Source: Phoronis australis (Eukaryota > Animalia > Phoronida). From it: a stretch of DNA of 64,000 nt. Positions 44,401 to 59,400 of this stretch are shown here, piece after piece. The position numbers and the translations under genes were made by a program. Position 1 is the first letter of the stretch. The number at the start of each line of letters is the position of its first letter. Under the pieces are notes generated by a model. That model did not search any database, was not told where the DNA came from, and saw nothing but the letters and a program-made list of their open reading frames with translations. Location of the stretch: assembly GCA_002633005.1 (NCBI GenBank), contig NMRA01000111.1, forward strand, positions 338,866-402,865, in the 5' to 3' direction.

Positions 44401-47400
44401 ACTTCGGGACAGTCTAATTAACATACTTTGTTCATTTGAACGAATGAAGTTGACAATAGGCGAATTCCAACAATTCAAAGCTCCTAAACAGGATGGAATC
44501 TTGTCCTTTGACAGAAAGTTTGGATATATTTTAAGCACTTCTTTAAAGTCTGTTTACGTTATGGTTATGTACAAAAGACGTCGAGGATTGCCAAATGAGT
44601 CTTTCTCCCAAAAACCTCGAAAGTAACTATTTCTGTGTAGGAACCATAACCTTCATCCAATTAAAATGGTTGGAAATACTGATATTATTTAATTTAGTAT
44701 CAGCATTAGGAATCTTTTTAGGCATTGCTGGTGCTTTTGACAAGGTTATTTGTAATGCCATTGGAAGTGGTGTGGAAGAACGAGAGGCACTATGTAATAT
44801 TATGCTGGTTTAAGTATATGCCGGGCATCGCACTGTTCAAGTGGAACTGTATGGTAAACGACTGCCAGAAAATTGATACGCGGACGTTCACAGGGAGACA
44901 TTTTATCCAATTTTGGGAATCGTACCGTGAACTCTCTTCTTTTTAAATTTCAGGGAGTGAATATAACTGTTGTGCAGTGAGGTTAAACTGCTACGAGTTG
45001 TTTTAGAAAGTGAGCTCCCTTGAAAACATCATTTAAGCAACATAATTAATCAGGCAAAATTCCACGTATGCAAAGTTAGCAAGTTATGGGCAAAACATGG
45101 AGTGTAAAGCCAAAAATCATGCAATAGATATACACTGCTAAGTTAAGACAGATGTTACTTTACTCATGTGCGTCTTAGGTCAGTGGAATTGAAAAACTGC
45201 ACGTTGAAGAGTTAGTACCATAACATTGTGTTATTAAAAGTCTTAAGATAATTAACAGCCTTTAGTATACCTGTTGCAAGGAAACAAGACAGAAATGTTT
45301 AAAAAACATTTGTCTGTTTTCGGGATTGTACGTAATGGGTGGAAGACCGTTACTGACGTTGTTGTTGTTACCAGTGCGATACTGAGTTGTGAGGAAAGTC
45401 CAAGGAGAGCCGCCTTTTTCAAACATCAATAGGTGCGTTTGCGAGGCTGCAACTTGACCGAAAACGCCTCTGTGTTCAAAAATTGTTAAAGACACGAAAG
45501 TTGTTCAGAGATGGCACCGGTTTGTGTACCGTGCAACAGTATGGAACATACGATTCGGTGGGGATCCACACTTTGTTAGGCATATTTCAGCCAAGGGATC
45601 ATGTTTCGACCAAACACCAAAATGGCAATACAATGAAGGACTCGCCACCCTGCTGCTGTATTTCCAAATTTATAAATGATGAGCACATTCCCTCCATTCT
45701 AGGGCGAGTGATGACCTCGAGCCCGGCCTAAATCGAGTGCTACGACATGTAGGCTGGTGTGTGGTGTTTAGGCCGTGGTATTTGCATCATGATAGCAGTA
45801 AACGTGAGAGAACTAGGTTCAATGTGGCCTTTGTCAGTGATTATTATATTGGTTCAGTGGGTTGTGGCTCACATGATTATGTCTGCGGCATTTCTCGTGC
45901 AAAATATCACCTGGGGCCGAGGTCTAATACATGTAGTTGTACTCAAAATCTAACTGGAAATCATCTTTGCCATTTTTTATTTGTTGTGAACGAAATATAA
46001 GTGGCACTTGGTATGTAGCAGAGTGTTTTTGGATTATGGGTTTCAAGTTAAAGTGTTTACTTAATGGCCCTTACATTCGTGCTGTAAAATCGAGTAGTTT
46101 TGAAACGTCGAGAACAATGTCGAACATTTAGCAGTAATGCTGGAGTGATTATGAGAAAACGTAGATTACAAAGTCTTCGATACAAGGCACGGGGGACTCA
46201 AGGATAGAATAATTAATACTCACATCGAGTTTTCAAAGACAGAATAATCAGAAAATGTCAAAACCTTTAGAGTTCGATTTCGAGTAAACAGATTAGAATA
46301 CAGGTTGTTCAGTAACGCTAGGACCTCCCTAAAATCAAGACTTCTCAATATTAAGTAAGATATTGCGGTGCAGTTTAAATTAGAGTACGTGTTCTTGTCT
46401 TGATTTCACCCAACTAGGCCGTAGCATAGGTCTCAGCGATACTGAACTCTATCATCCAGGCCTAGCTTCTACGAGACATGTGTTGAGAGCTAATTTCATG
46501 ACAAACGCTCGTGCAAATAACAGGGAAAGATTACAAGCCATGACGTTCTTGAACAGTTAGAATAATGCCCGCTTTGTAGCTTGATCTTAGTCAGTACATC
46601 TCGGAAAACCCGATAACAATAAGTCGTAATACAAACATTCCATCAAAGGAGTGGAGAGCTAAAACTCCGCCAATCGAAAATTTGCAAAGTGCCCGTGACA
46701 GCATCATCTCGTAACCAATATTGCACAGAACAATGGACCTCGATAAGTCAATGACGAATACGTCGTAGAGCAACTCCGTTTGGATCGGACTAAAAGGCGA
46801 AGTGTTTGTACACGTGCTACAAAATTTAATTTCACTAAGTAAGTAAGGGAATTGGAGAAATAAAAAAGCAAGAAACAAATATTATTGCCATTTTGTTTGT
46901 AATCTGGAAGCATTATTCCAAATTTTGTAAATGGATTATAGCAAGTTGTCTAAAACAGCGTCTACAGTTTTGATAATGACGGTTAGAACCCAAACGAAAT
47001 ACATGAAGCTGCCCTCGAAAGTGTAATGTGGCATAAAGTTCTTGGCAGGCAGTGGAATAGGCATTTATTGAGTGATGTCCCTAAGTGACTCAGATGCCTC
47101 TTTGCACACCCATTGGAGACACACCATGCTCACAAAAGTAACATAACTATGTGAGGAACGAATTTTATTGATTTTTTGTCATTACTTTTGAAACCAGGAA
47201 GCACGATTTCGTTTCATTGTCAAACTTGAATCGACAATTTTGAGAACGCCGCCCACAATCCAAAGAAAATTCTGGAAAGCTGTTCCTTTAGGGTTTTTTC
47301 TAAAATCCTTGACCCCAGAACCCACGACCCCTTCGTAACGCAATCCCCTCCACACACGACTTACGACACCCTCGACTCACGATCTGCGGTTTTCACACGT

Positions 47401-50400
47401 TTCACAATCTTGTTAACTACACAAATCTGATCTGGTTCAGCACTAGTGGTTAAAAACAGAAAATGGGTTAAGAACAAGATCCGAAATGGTGGATTATCCG
47501 TTGTTACGGAAAGAGTTCCACGGGCAGCTAGCAATGTTCTGTTCTACTTAACTTAAAGATTGAGTACGTGAACGTGAAAACACATAATTTCACATTTTTA
47601 TTATTTGCTTTCAATCGCATACTCGTTTACAATATACAGCATGTAACTTTGAGTTGCTTTTTAGTTAACAGTTTGTTATTTCAAAATGTATTTACTGAAG
47701 ACATTATATATTCGTGGCCTCCTTTCACTCTATCAAATACAGTGTCAATCTGCCATTCACTGAAGAGAGTGGAGGGGGTCATGGGGTTTGGGTATCGAGG
47801 GGGATTTAGAACAACCCCCCAAAAATAATGTAGCACAACGATCCGGAGCACAGATTAAAGAAAAGATATTTCATCAGTAAGGTCCCAAAGTGACTCATCT
47901 GCCTCATTTACAGTTCAATTGGGAACATACCATGCTCACAAGATTATCATTGTCCTTTAAATTTTTGCGTCATTTCCAGTTAAGCAGAAGAAGTGTTCTG
48001 TATACGAAGTAATTACTCGAAGGATGAAGACGGTGTTTCATAACATGTTCCACCAACTAGTGCGTGTAGCAAATGCATATCAAGGTAGAAATTGCAACAC
48101 ACTACGTCCTCACAGCCTGGTTACAAACAAATCGAAACTGTTTTTATTGCAGTTTCACTCCAATTTAATTATCACAATCGTTAACATTTTTCCAATACCA
48201 AGAAACTATAAGATTATGTTGTAAATTACCAAATGTCTATTGCATAAACCTTTATTTCATGGTGGGAGTTGCATTTCAAAATAGAAACCGCAGCACGACT
48301 TACCGATAGTTGTCGTCACACGAGAAGTTGTGGCTGAAAACCAACAATATAATTTAACCTACTAAAAATTAAAAGGTATGTTAGATGAATACCACAATTT
48401 ATTGCATTGGAGGCAGGAGATCCGAAGTACAATATCAAACCATTAAACAAGCACAGTGAAATACAAAACATCGAGTTCAGCAATTTTTCTATACACACTG
48501 TTGCTAAGTATGTGAATATTACAATGTTTGCATCTGGAGTCTTCATAATATTGTTGAAAAATTGACAGGGTTACGGTTATTAAAATTTACATTCATATAT
48601 TAATGACAGAAGTCTGCATAAGCATTACACACCGACAAAAAGTGCAGTTGGTCTTCAACGTAATTTACATTTCAGAAAAAAACAAATTGTATTACAGAAA
48701 TCTACATTTTATTTTGTTGTGCCTTCCGCTTCCACGTTCAAGCTGTGGTTCGCACAACAAAACCTTGACAAATTTTGCTTAAAATGACTAGGTAGATTAA
48801 ACGGAAAACATCCCTGTGAAGAGTAATTATGTTTAAAAGACTTGAAATAGAACAATTTATAGTTTTCATGAATGATAACTGCACAACCTTGTAACAGTAA
48901 CAGTTAATCACTCTCTGGAAAATTTGTTTTAAAGAAGTTACTTCACATGTTACACCTTGATTCATCCATACTTGGACAAAAGAGATCTGACAAAGAATCC
49001 TAATTACAAGTAAATCTACCGTTACTGTCAAGAATAAAGATCATATCAGACACAGCTCGGATGTACATCCTTGATGGCAATTTCAGTATCTTAAAATGTT
49101 TTGTAAACAGTAGATGACGTCCTCTATCACTTAATACGGCGGCATTAGAACAGTAAGTGCTCATCTCAAACACCATCTGGAAGCAAAATTTCGTCTACTA
49201 CTCAATGAGTAAAACAACACCGACAAAGTTGTCAAGTCTCTTAGAACCCACACCAAATTCTGAAAACATGACCCAAGAAACTGAAATGTTGCACATCAAA
49301 ATATAGTCAGCAATACACCCGATGAACCAACTCACGATGTGGATGACACGTGTGAAGGGAAGTCTAGTGGACCGTCCGGTTCTTATATGGTAATGGGAGT
49401 ACTTGAAATGAGAAGCTACGTGAATGCAATTTCTAGAATATTGCAAATAGCAGGACTATTGTCCATTGGATTATTTTCAAAAGGAATTGAACTTATACTC
49501 AGGCAGAAATCCTTTCAAGATTACGAATAACTAGTATAAATATCTCAAGATGTCGATGCATTCAAATGCTATCTTGGCTTTGTGACGAACTTATATAAGT
49601 TAACAACAATTTGAAAATACATGCGGCTAACTTACTGGTTGCAGTAGGCCTACAGAATCCGCAGAATTTGGGACAGTTCTTTCTGGCCCATGACTCATAG
49701 ACACCAGTGCATGCAGATTTGCTGTATGAAGTGCAATCTACAATCAAGTCTTCACAGCCTGGTTTGGAATAAATCAAAGCATTGATATTACTAAAGTTTC
49801 ATTCCAATTTAATTATCACGAACACAGTTCACAAAAAAACACGCGAGAAACACTTGTGATAAGATATCAACTTTACCAGTAACCCCAGTTTTGTCACTGT
49901 CGTCGCCACGTTTGCACGGAGTATTGTTTGTAAGGTGAGGTGAACTGAGGTTTCCGGTAAATTGGTGAGATAAAAAAGCCAATTCCGTGACTATCGTGAA
50001 ATTTATTTAGATCGCTAACCTGTCTAATGTCCGCTTATTAAAAACAGAAAATGTTGCAATTACAATGCCACCTTTTTCCGGTTTCATCTCAAAGCGCTTT
50101 TGGGTATAATGTCTGTCTTTTGACAAAAACGCTGCTGGTACAATTTTGTCTGTAGCGAGAACATGTCAAATTTGCGTTTTAGCTTAGGTACACATATCCA
50201 GCTTTTTATCCGTAAGTTCCGTTTTTTCATTCTTTTGACCGTGAGAACTCTCAACATGGTGTTCATAGTAACACTGTCCCCTTGTTATGAATATTATTAT
50301 TTTCAGACTCAATTTTCTTTCCTGACATAACAACCGTAATCATTTTTGCAATATCTGAATGCAAGGAACTTGAACAATATGTTGTAATTTACCAAATGTT

Positions 50401-53400
50401 TTATTATATAAACCTTTATTTCATGGTAGTTTTCATTCATCCACGAGTCTCCGCTGATGTCGAATAATGAAAAGCTGAATAGGCTGCTGGAGTCTGTGAC
50501 TGCAAAGGCTTCTTATATTATTAGGCCTGCAGTGCTACAAGGTGAAAACGGCTATAATCGCGCATGGAAATTACTACAAGAACGCTTTGGAGATCCGGTT
50601 ATTCTTTGCAACGCCTGGATTGACAAATTACGAGGATCATCGATTCAAGCATCCAATGCTAAAGATATTCGCGCTTTAGCCGACAATATTTGCGCGTGTT
50701 ATGGAACGCTCAAAGGCATGAACAGAATAAATTTCATCTCTCATCATCACATCAAAATCATTTATGATCGTTTGCCGTATGATGCACAGACGTGCTGGAG
50801 GAAGCAAGCCGCGAGAAGCAGACTCGACTGCGGTGATTATCCAGTTTTTGCGGACTTTGTGGAGTTTCTCGAAACGTATGCGTCGGAAGTTTCCGATCCC
50901 GTCTTCGGTCAAATTCGTACAAGCGCTCAAGCAGGTCAAGGTGACCGGATGTTTATGGCGGTCGACCAGACAAGAAATATTCAGAGCCAAAGAAATAAAC
51001 TTTCTTGTTTTAAATGTAGTGGCAAGCACAAACTCATTGATTGTGATGAGTTCATTTCATTGAGTGCTAAGGACAGGAAATCATTTGTAAGGGGTAAGAA
51101 ATTGTGCTTCAATTGCCTAGCATTTTCCAATCACACATCAGCTCTGTGAAGAAAACAGTCTTGCAACTTGTGTCCTGATACTAGTGACACAATGTACCTA
51201 ACTCTAAGCATTATCAGCTCCATGAAGCATTTACTGTTGAATCTGGTGCTACTAGTGCTACTCACAATGAGTATTCTAGTCATTGGCCTAATGAATCGGC
51301 TGCTTCATTACATTCACATGACATGAAGTCTTCTCATTGTGTTGCATTGCCAATTCAATTGTCCCTATTAGTGTTGGCATACCTGAGAGCGAATGCAATG
51401 TTAAGTGTAATGCACTTTTGGATTCAGGAAGTACTAAATCTTTTTGCTCTCATGATCTAGCATGTAAGCTGTCTGGTTTGAAAAAGCTTGAAACCAAATC
51501 CATGACATTTCAGACATCTGATCAGTCTGTTATGAGTGTGAATCTCATTGATTTGTATTAAAAATCTAAATCTGTGCCTCGATTGTCAGTTATCAAACAT
51601 GTTGAGGTAGGAGTTGTTGGAAACTTTCCTCATTTCAGAAATTCAGTTTCTCGTGATATTATTGACAATTTCAGTCATTTGGTTGGCTTGAGTCTGGTAA
51701 AGTTGACATGATTATTGGTCAAGACTATCCCGATTTATTGTTGCCTCTTGAAATTAAGAAAGGCAATAAGGATGAATCATATGCATTGCGAACTGAGTTA
51801 GGTTGAACAACAAATGGCCCTTTTGAAAGCTCTGACGGTTCTGAATGCCTCACTACTGTGTTTTCAAACTTCATCAGTGAATCAGTACAATCATCTGTTG
51901 AAAAGTTTTGGTCTGTGGACACTAACGTTGACTTAGTTGACATGTCACAGTATGATATTGCCTGTTTAAAGCATTGGGACTCTACTATTACTGTGGTTGA
52001 CAATCATTATGAGTTTGGCATACCCTTTAAGACGGATCCCTCTGAATTACCTAACAACAGCGCTTTTGCTGAATCACGTATGCGTAGTCTCAAATCTGGC
52101 TTCATTAAAGATATTGCCTTTAAGGAGCGCCACACTGCAGAACTTTTCTGATGGTTTTGCTGAGCCTGTCTCTTCAGATGCCCTTGAGCCATTTCGTAAA
52201 ACATGGTATCTACCTCATCATAAAGTAACTAATCATTGTAAACGGGAAAAAATTCGCATTGTATTTGAATGCTCAGCTAAATATGCTGGTACGTCATTAA
52301 ATAATGTAGTCCATCAGGGACTAGATTTGATTTAAAATCTGTTGTCTGTTTTGATCAGGTTCAGACAAAATCATGTTGCTATAATGGGTGATATAAAGGG
52401 TATGTTTCATCAGGTGAAGGTCACGCCTTCCGACAGAGATGTGCTAAGGTTTTTATGGTGGCCTAATGGCGATGTTTCTGGTACGCGGCAAACTTATAGA
52501 ATGACTGTTCATTTATTTGGTGGAGTTTGGTCTCCCAGTGCAGCAAACTTTGCTCTGCAACGTGTAGTACCTGACTTCGGAGACAAGTTTACTCCTACTG
52601 TTGTTGACAGCGTACTGAGAAACTTTTATATAGATGATTAATTGAACTCTGTTTCTGATAGCAATGCTGCTTGTCAACTTATTGATGAATTAACAGAGCT
52701 ACTGAAATTGGGCGGATTTTGTATCACCAAGGAGTCTATCCCCATAGAGCACCGTGCCACTAATGTCCAGTCCATGGAACTGCACAATGATACTTTGCCT
52801 ACTGAACGAGCATTAGGGGTGAAATGGATTGTTGAAAAGGATGTTTTTGGTATATCCGTGAAATCTCTGAACACTGATCAAATTTGTGCAAAATGTGGCG
52901 TCCTACAGATATTTAGCTCCATCTTTGATCCTGTGGGATTTATTGGGCCATTTGTAGTTACAGCCAAGGTCATTTTTCAGAACGAGGTCAGACGTCAGCT
53001 TGGTTGGGATGATTTGATGTCATCTTTGGATATTGATGCATGGAAGAAATGGGTTTCTGATCTTCCACTGTTACAGGAATTTCAAATTCCTTGGTGTGTT
53101 ATTTCTAGTGATGTTGACTTGGATAACTGTGCGATTTGAATTGCACTTTTTCTGCGACGCCTCAGAAAAGGCATATGGATCAGATGCTTACCTACGTACC
53201 ATTTATCAGGACAGTATTCAGTGTTCAATACATGATTGCAAAGTCAAGATTGGCTCCCATCAAGTCCATGAATATTCCCAGATTGGAATTATATGCTGCT
53301 GTAATAGCTTTCAAGCTTAAATCTCTGTTGGTTACATCACTTGATTTCACTATTAGTGATGTTGTCTTTTGGACGGACAGTACCATAGTGTTGCATTACA

Positions 53401-56400
53401 ATAATAACTCTACAAAGCGCTTGAAAACATTCCTTTCCAACAGAGTATCCACCATACTGGAGAACAGTGAAATTTCTCAGTGGCATCATGTGCCTTCTAA
53501 ACTCAATCCTGCGGAATTGATAGCTCGTGGTGTGAATGGTCAGGTAATGGTTTCTGCCACCATTTGGAAATTTGGTTCAGAATTTCTCTCGAAGTCCGAG
53601 ACTGATTGGCCTGATAATTTTGACTTATCCCATTCCTGTGATGATTTGGAGGTCAAGATTTATGCTATTGTTGTTGATGATGATCTTATTCCAACCATTG
53701 ATACTGCTGATTTGTATGCCAGATTTTCTAGCTGGTTTAGATTGAGAAAGTCTGTGGCCTGTCTAAGACGTTTCTGGTTATGGCTTAGGAATAAGCATAC
53801 TTGTGCTGTAGGCAACTTGACATTGTCTTAATTGAAATCTGCTGAACAAGTTATTAATATGGATGTTCAGTCAAAACATTATAGTAGTGATTTAGATAAG
53901 TTTCAGAATGGAGAAAGTATCTCCAAGCGCAGTAATATCTATGATTTGGATGTTAAGGTCATTAGAGTTAACAGTAAGTTAGGTAATTTGCCCAATGCTA
54001 CTTGTCCTATAATTTTTTCTAAGAAGACTTATGTTAGTAGGCTCATTATTGATCAAGTGCACAAACTCAGTGCTCATTCTGGACACGAGCATGTTTTGAG
54101 TGATTAAAGGGGTCATTTTTGGATACCTGGAGCAAGGGGTATTATCAATAATATTGTTAGACATTGTGCGAGTTGTAAGAAACTTCGAGGTAAACTGTTG
54201 CCTCAGCGTATGTCAAATTTACCTATTCAGCGAATTTCACCTCAATCTTGCGCATTTGTAAATATAGGTTGTGATGTGTTTGGACCCTTTCTGGTCAAAA
54301 GGGGGTGGAGTCGTGAGAAGCGTTATGGGTGTTTATTCACCTGATTGTCAATGAGAGCTATTCACATTGAGAAATTACATTCCCTTGATGCGGATTCTTT
54401 TTTGAATACCCTGATTAGGTTTATTGCCAGACGTGGTAAGCCTGACAAAATAAGGTCTGACAACGGTAGAAATTTTATTGGGGCTCAGAAAGAGTTGGCC
54501 AAGTCTATTCGTCAGTGGACTGACAAGTCACTTTAAGATAGTTTATTGTTGCGAGAAATTGAGTGGTCGTTTAACCCTCCACATGCCTCTCATTGGGGCG
54601 GCTCTTGAGAGCACCTCATTCGAAGTGTACGTAATGTCCTGAACATTATTTTGAAAGATCAAGTCCTTAATGATGAACGGCTTGATACTATATTTTGCGA
54701 AGTGGAATATATTGTGAATAGCAGACTTCTGACTGTTAATTCAGATTTGAATGCAATTTTTCGCAATGATTTGTTGTTAATCAAGAAAGGTTTTACTTGT
54801 CCACCTGGTCACTTTGGACCTAGGGCTATATTTTGAAAGCGATGGTACCATGTACAGTATGTAGCCAACTGCTTATGGTCTCGTTGCCTAAAAGAGTATT
54901 TCCCATGCTTCAAATGGAAATCGGTCAGGGAAAATCTTAAATTGGGTTATGTTGTCCTTATAGGAGATGGAAATGCTCATCGCAACTCTTGGAAGTTGGG
55001 TCGTGTTAATGCTATTCATCATAGCTCTGATGGTGTTGTGCGTTCTTTTGGATTGAAAACTGAAAGTAACGCTCATCTTGTACGACCCATTACTTAGCCG
55101 TGTTTGTTGAAATCAGAAGTGGCTTAATTATGTTAGTTACATATGTTATCACAAAGTTTGGTAAAAATTTGTTATGACATTATATTGTTACATTGTGTAA
55201 GTTTACATATATAAGACTGTATTGGCATTTGAAACAACATTATATTATAAAGTAACATTGCCTTAGGTGTAATTCATTTGTAAAATTGTCATTTAAAAGG
55301 GTCGGTGTAGCGCATTCCCTTTTTATTGAGTATGGTGTCGCTGTATTTCCAGGGGCCCGACCACGTGGACTCGGCTTTAGCATATGATTGGTTGGCGTTT
55401 TGAACGTAGGTGTGAGTATATTGTTCACTGGTTCAAATGTATTATTCTGAAATACAGGTTTTAACACTGAAACTCGTTCATATTAGGAACCCTACCCTCC
55501 TCAAGCCACAAGTGTTTCGCCTCGGGCGGTTTGTAATCCGTCACATTAACTATCAAAAAAAATTAACAAAATGTGTGATATGAATACCACACTTAATTGG
55601 ATTCGAGGCAAGAGACCCAAAGTACAATAACAAACATTTATACAAGCCTAGTTAATTATAAAACAAAGAGTTAAGCATTTTTTCTCTACGTAGTGTGGCT
55701 AAGTATACGAATTTTAGAATGTTTGCATTAGGAGTCTTCGTAATATTGTTGAAGTTTTGACAAAGTTACAGGTATCAAAATTTACATTCACATTTTGCCG
55801 ACAGAGGTCTGCATAAGTATTACATACCAACAAAAGTGCAGTTTGTCTTCAACGCAGTCTACATTACAGAAAAAGCAATTTGTATCACATAAATCTATTT
55901 TGTTGTGCCTACCGCTTCCACGTTTAATTTTAGGTTCGTTCAACGAAACTTTGAAAAATTTTGTATAAAATGACGAGGTAGATTAAATTGAAAACATTCC
56001 TCTGAAACGTAATTATGTTTGAAAGATTTAAAATAGAACAATTTGCGGTTTACATGATTGTTAACAGCAGAGCCTTATAAGTAACAGTTAATCACCGTGA
56101 TTTATCCAGATTTCATAGATACCATACTTGGATAAAAGAGATCTGACGGAAGAACCCAAACTACAATTAAATGTACCGTTGTTGTCTAGAATAAAGAAGG
56201 ACTCATCCCAAACACCATCTGGAAGCAAAACGTCGTTAATTTCGCAACGGGTTAAACAACATTCATAATGTTGTGAAAGTCTGCTAGAGCCCATATGTCA
56301 TGTTGCATATCGAAATAGAATCAGAATTGCATCCGATGAAACAACTCACGATGTGGATGAGACCTGTGAAGAGAAGTCTAGTGGACTGTCGGTCTTATAT

Positions 56401-59400
56401 CGTAATGGGAATAATTGAAACGAGAAACTACGTGAATGCAGTTTCTAGAACATTGCAAGCAGCAGTACTGTTGTCCACTGGATTATTTTCAAAAGGAATT
56501 GAACTTATATTCTGGAAGCGAATCTTTCAAGATTGCGCGTCAATAGTATAATTATGTCAAGATGTCGATGCGTTCAATTTCTATCTTGCCCTTGTGACAA
56601 ACTTGTATAATGTACATAAGTTAACAACAATTTTAAACTGCGTAAGGCTAACTTACAGAATCCGCAGAATTTGGGGCAGTTGCGTTTGCCATATGACTCA
56701 GAGGCACCAGTGCATACAGATCTGCCGTATAAATGGCAATATGTAATCAAGTCTTCACAGCCTGGTTGGAAACAAATTGAACCATTGATTTCACTGCAGT
56801 TTCATTCCAAATTAATTATCACAAACACAGTTGATAAAAACACGCGAGCAACTATTGTGATAAGATCTCGACTTTACCAGTAACGTCAGTTTTGTCATCA
56901 TTTTCACCGTCGCCGCCACGTTCGCACAGTTTTGTCTAAACCGTTGTAAGGTGAGGCGAACGGAGGTTTCCGGTAAATTGTTGAGATATAAATCCTATTT
57001 CGTGACTATCGTGAAATTTGTTCTGATCGCTACCCTGCCTATTGTTCGCTAGTCAAGAACAGAAAATGTTGAAATTACAATGCCTCTTTTTGTCCAGTTT
57101 CATCTCAAGGCACTTTGGGTGTTACGTCTGCCTTTCGAGAAAAACGCTGTTGGGACAATTTTGCCGGTAGCGACGAACATTTCACATTTGGGGTGGGGCT
57201 TAGATCCAGGTATCCAGGTTTTTTATCCGTAAGTTCCGCTTTTTCATTCTCTTGACCGTGAGAACTATAAACATGGTGTTCAAAGTAAAAATGTTATGAA
57301 TATTATTATTTTCAAACTCTATTTTCATTCCTGACATAATTACCGTAATCAGTTTTCTAATATCAAGAAACTGGAACAACAAGTTGTAAATTACCAAATG
57401 TCTATTACATAAACCTTTATTTCATGGTGGAAAATATATTTCAAAAAAGAAACCACAGCACGGCTTACCTTTAGTCCTCGTCACAGGAGAAGTTGGGGCT
57501 GAAATGCAACAATATAACTTAACTATTAAATAAATTTAAAAATGTGCCACACGAGTGCCACACTTTATTGCATTCGAGGCAAGAGACCCAAAGTACATGT
57601 ACAATAACAAACATTCATACAAGCACAGTTAAATTCAAAACACCGAGTAATTTTTTTCTATGTACTGTGGCTAAGTATGCGAATTTTAAAATGTTTGCAC
57701 CAGGATTGTTGAAATATTGACAGGGTTACGTTTATCAAAATTTACATTCATATATTGCTGACAGAGATCTGCATAAGCATTACACAGCAACAAACGGTGC
57801 AGTTCATCTTCAACATAGTTTACATTACAGAAAAAGCAAATTGTATTGCAGAAATCTATTTTGTTGTGCCTTCCGCTTCCACGTTTAATTTGTGGTTCGC
57901 ACAACAAAACCTTGACAAATATTGCATAAAATGACGAGGTGGATTAAAATGAAAGCATTGCTGTGAAGAATAATTATGTTGGGAATATTTAAAATAGAAC
58001 AATTTATGGTTTTCAGCCCAACCTTGTAACAGTCAATCATTCCCTGGAAAAATTATTTGAAAGAAGTTACTTCTCATATTACACGTTGATTTATCCACAT
58101 TTCACAGAAATCATACTTGGCATCTGACAGAGCAATTACAAGAAAATCTACCATTACTGTCAAGAATTAATAACATGTCATACACAGCTCGTAAAAATTT
58201 CAGTCTTGTTGGCAATTTCAGTATCTTAAACCAATATTTCATACATGCGATATAATGTTTTACATGTACAAATAGTGGATGACGCCCGCATTCACTTGAT
58301 ACGACTGCATTAGATCAAGAGCTCATACCAAGCACCATTTTACAATACTTCACACGAAAACGTTTTACGGTGTCATATTCCCTAAACTGGCGATTACAAA
58401 CTGTCTAATACTGTAACCCCTATTTCATCGAAGGAGTTGCATTTCAACATCTAAAAATCCAACTTTGTGACAGTGATTTTTCTTTGTTCAGTACTTTTCC
58501 AAATTTTAAAACGAATTTTTCAAAAAATGACGAAGCTGGAGATCCGCGAAGCTATGATTAATAATGCCGTCACAGCGCCACCTATTCCGGTTAATCCCTA
58601 AGACCGCGTGCTGTTAGGTGTACCGAAGGTACTGATTTGCATCCGAAAAAGTGCAGGGTAAAATAGTCAATTTAATAACAGCCGCTTGACCAGTAAAATC
58701 CAAATACCCAGAGTACGGTATGTTAGGGCACTAATCGAATGGAAACAGCAAATATCACTTGTCATGATCAACCCACATACCAAATTTCACTGAAAACCAC
58801 CCGTTCTTGAATGCCGGATTAACGGTATAAAAATCAACAAAACAAAAAGACTGAAGAGGGAAATCCCGAATTACTGACATCCTAGCGAAAAACAATGCAG
58901 AGGGCGCTTGACAAGGTTATCCACATACAGAATGTCTGACATCAGTGATCGATAACCGGAGATACGACTCTATGAAGCGAAAGAAAACCTGCGTCACAGC
59001 ATCAACTTGCATCCGATGAGGACTAAAAGCAGCTGGGACCGATGAATAATCCTTGTACTCGAAATTCAACAGGAAATCATCTTTGGCATTTTATGTCTTA
59101 CTTTTTGTAAATTCATATGTAAGTGACTGTGGTCGAGTTAAAATTTGCACTTTGTGACCCTACATTCATGCTGCAAACTTGGGTAAAATTTAGGTATTTC
59201 GAGATTAGGGCCCGGTCTCTAATCTTTGTACTCGAAACGAACTCGAAACTATTTTTGGCAATTTCTCTGCTCCTCTTGTGCGAACTTAAGATGTTTGGTT
59301 ATCAGACTGTGCTCGAATACATTATAGTTTATGCATGGGAGTTTCTAGTTCAAGTTTGCCCTTGAGCACCCTTATATTCGTGCTACAAACTCGAGTAAAA

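Noticed and set aside
50457-54836. Intact or domesticated gag-pol gene
   Set aside because: Numerous stops and frameshifts and a missing 5' LTR; dead element.
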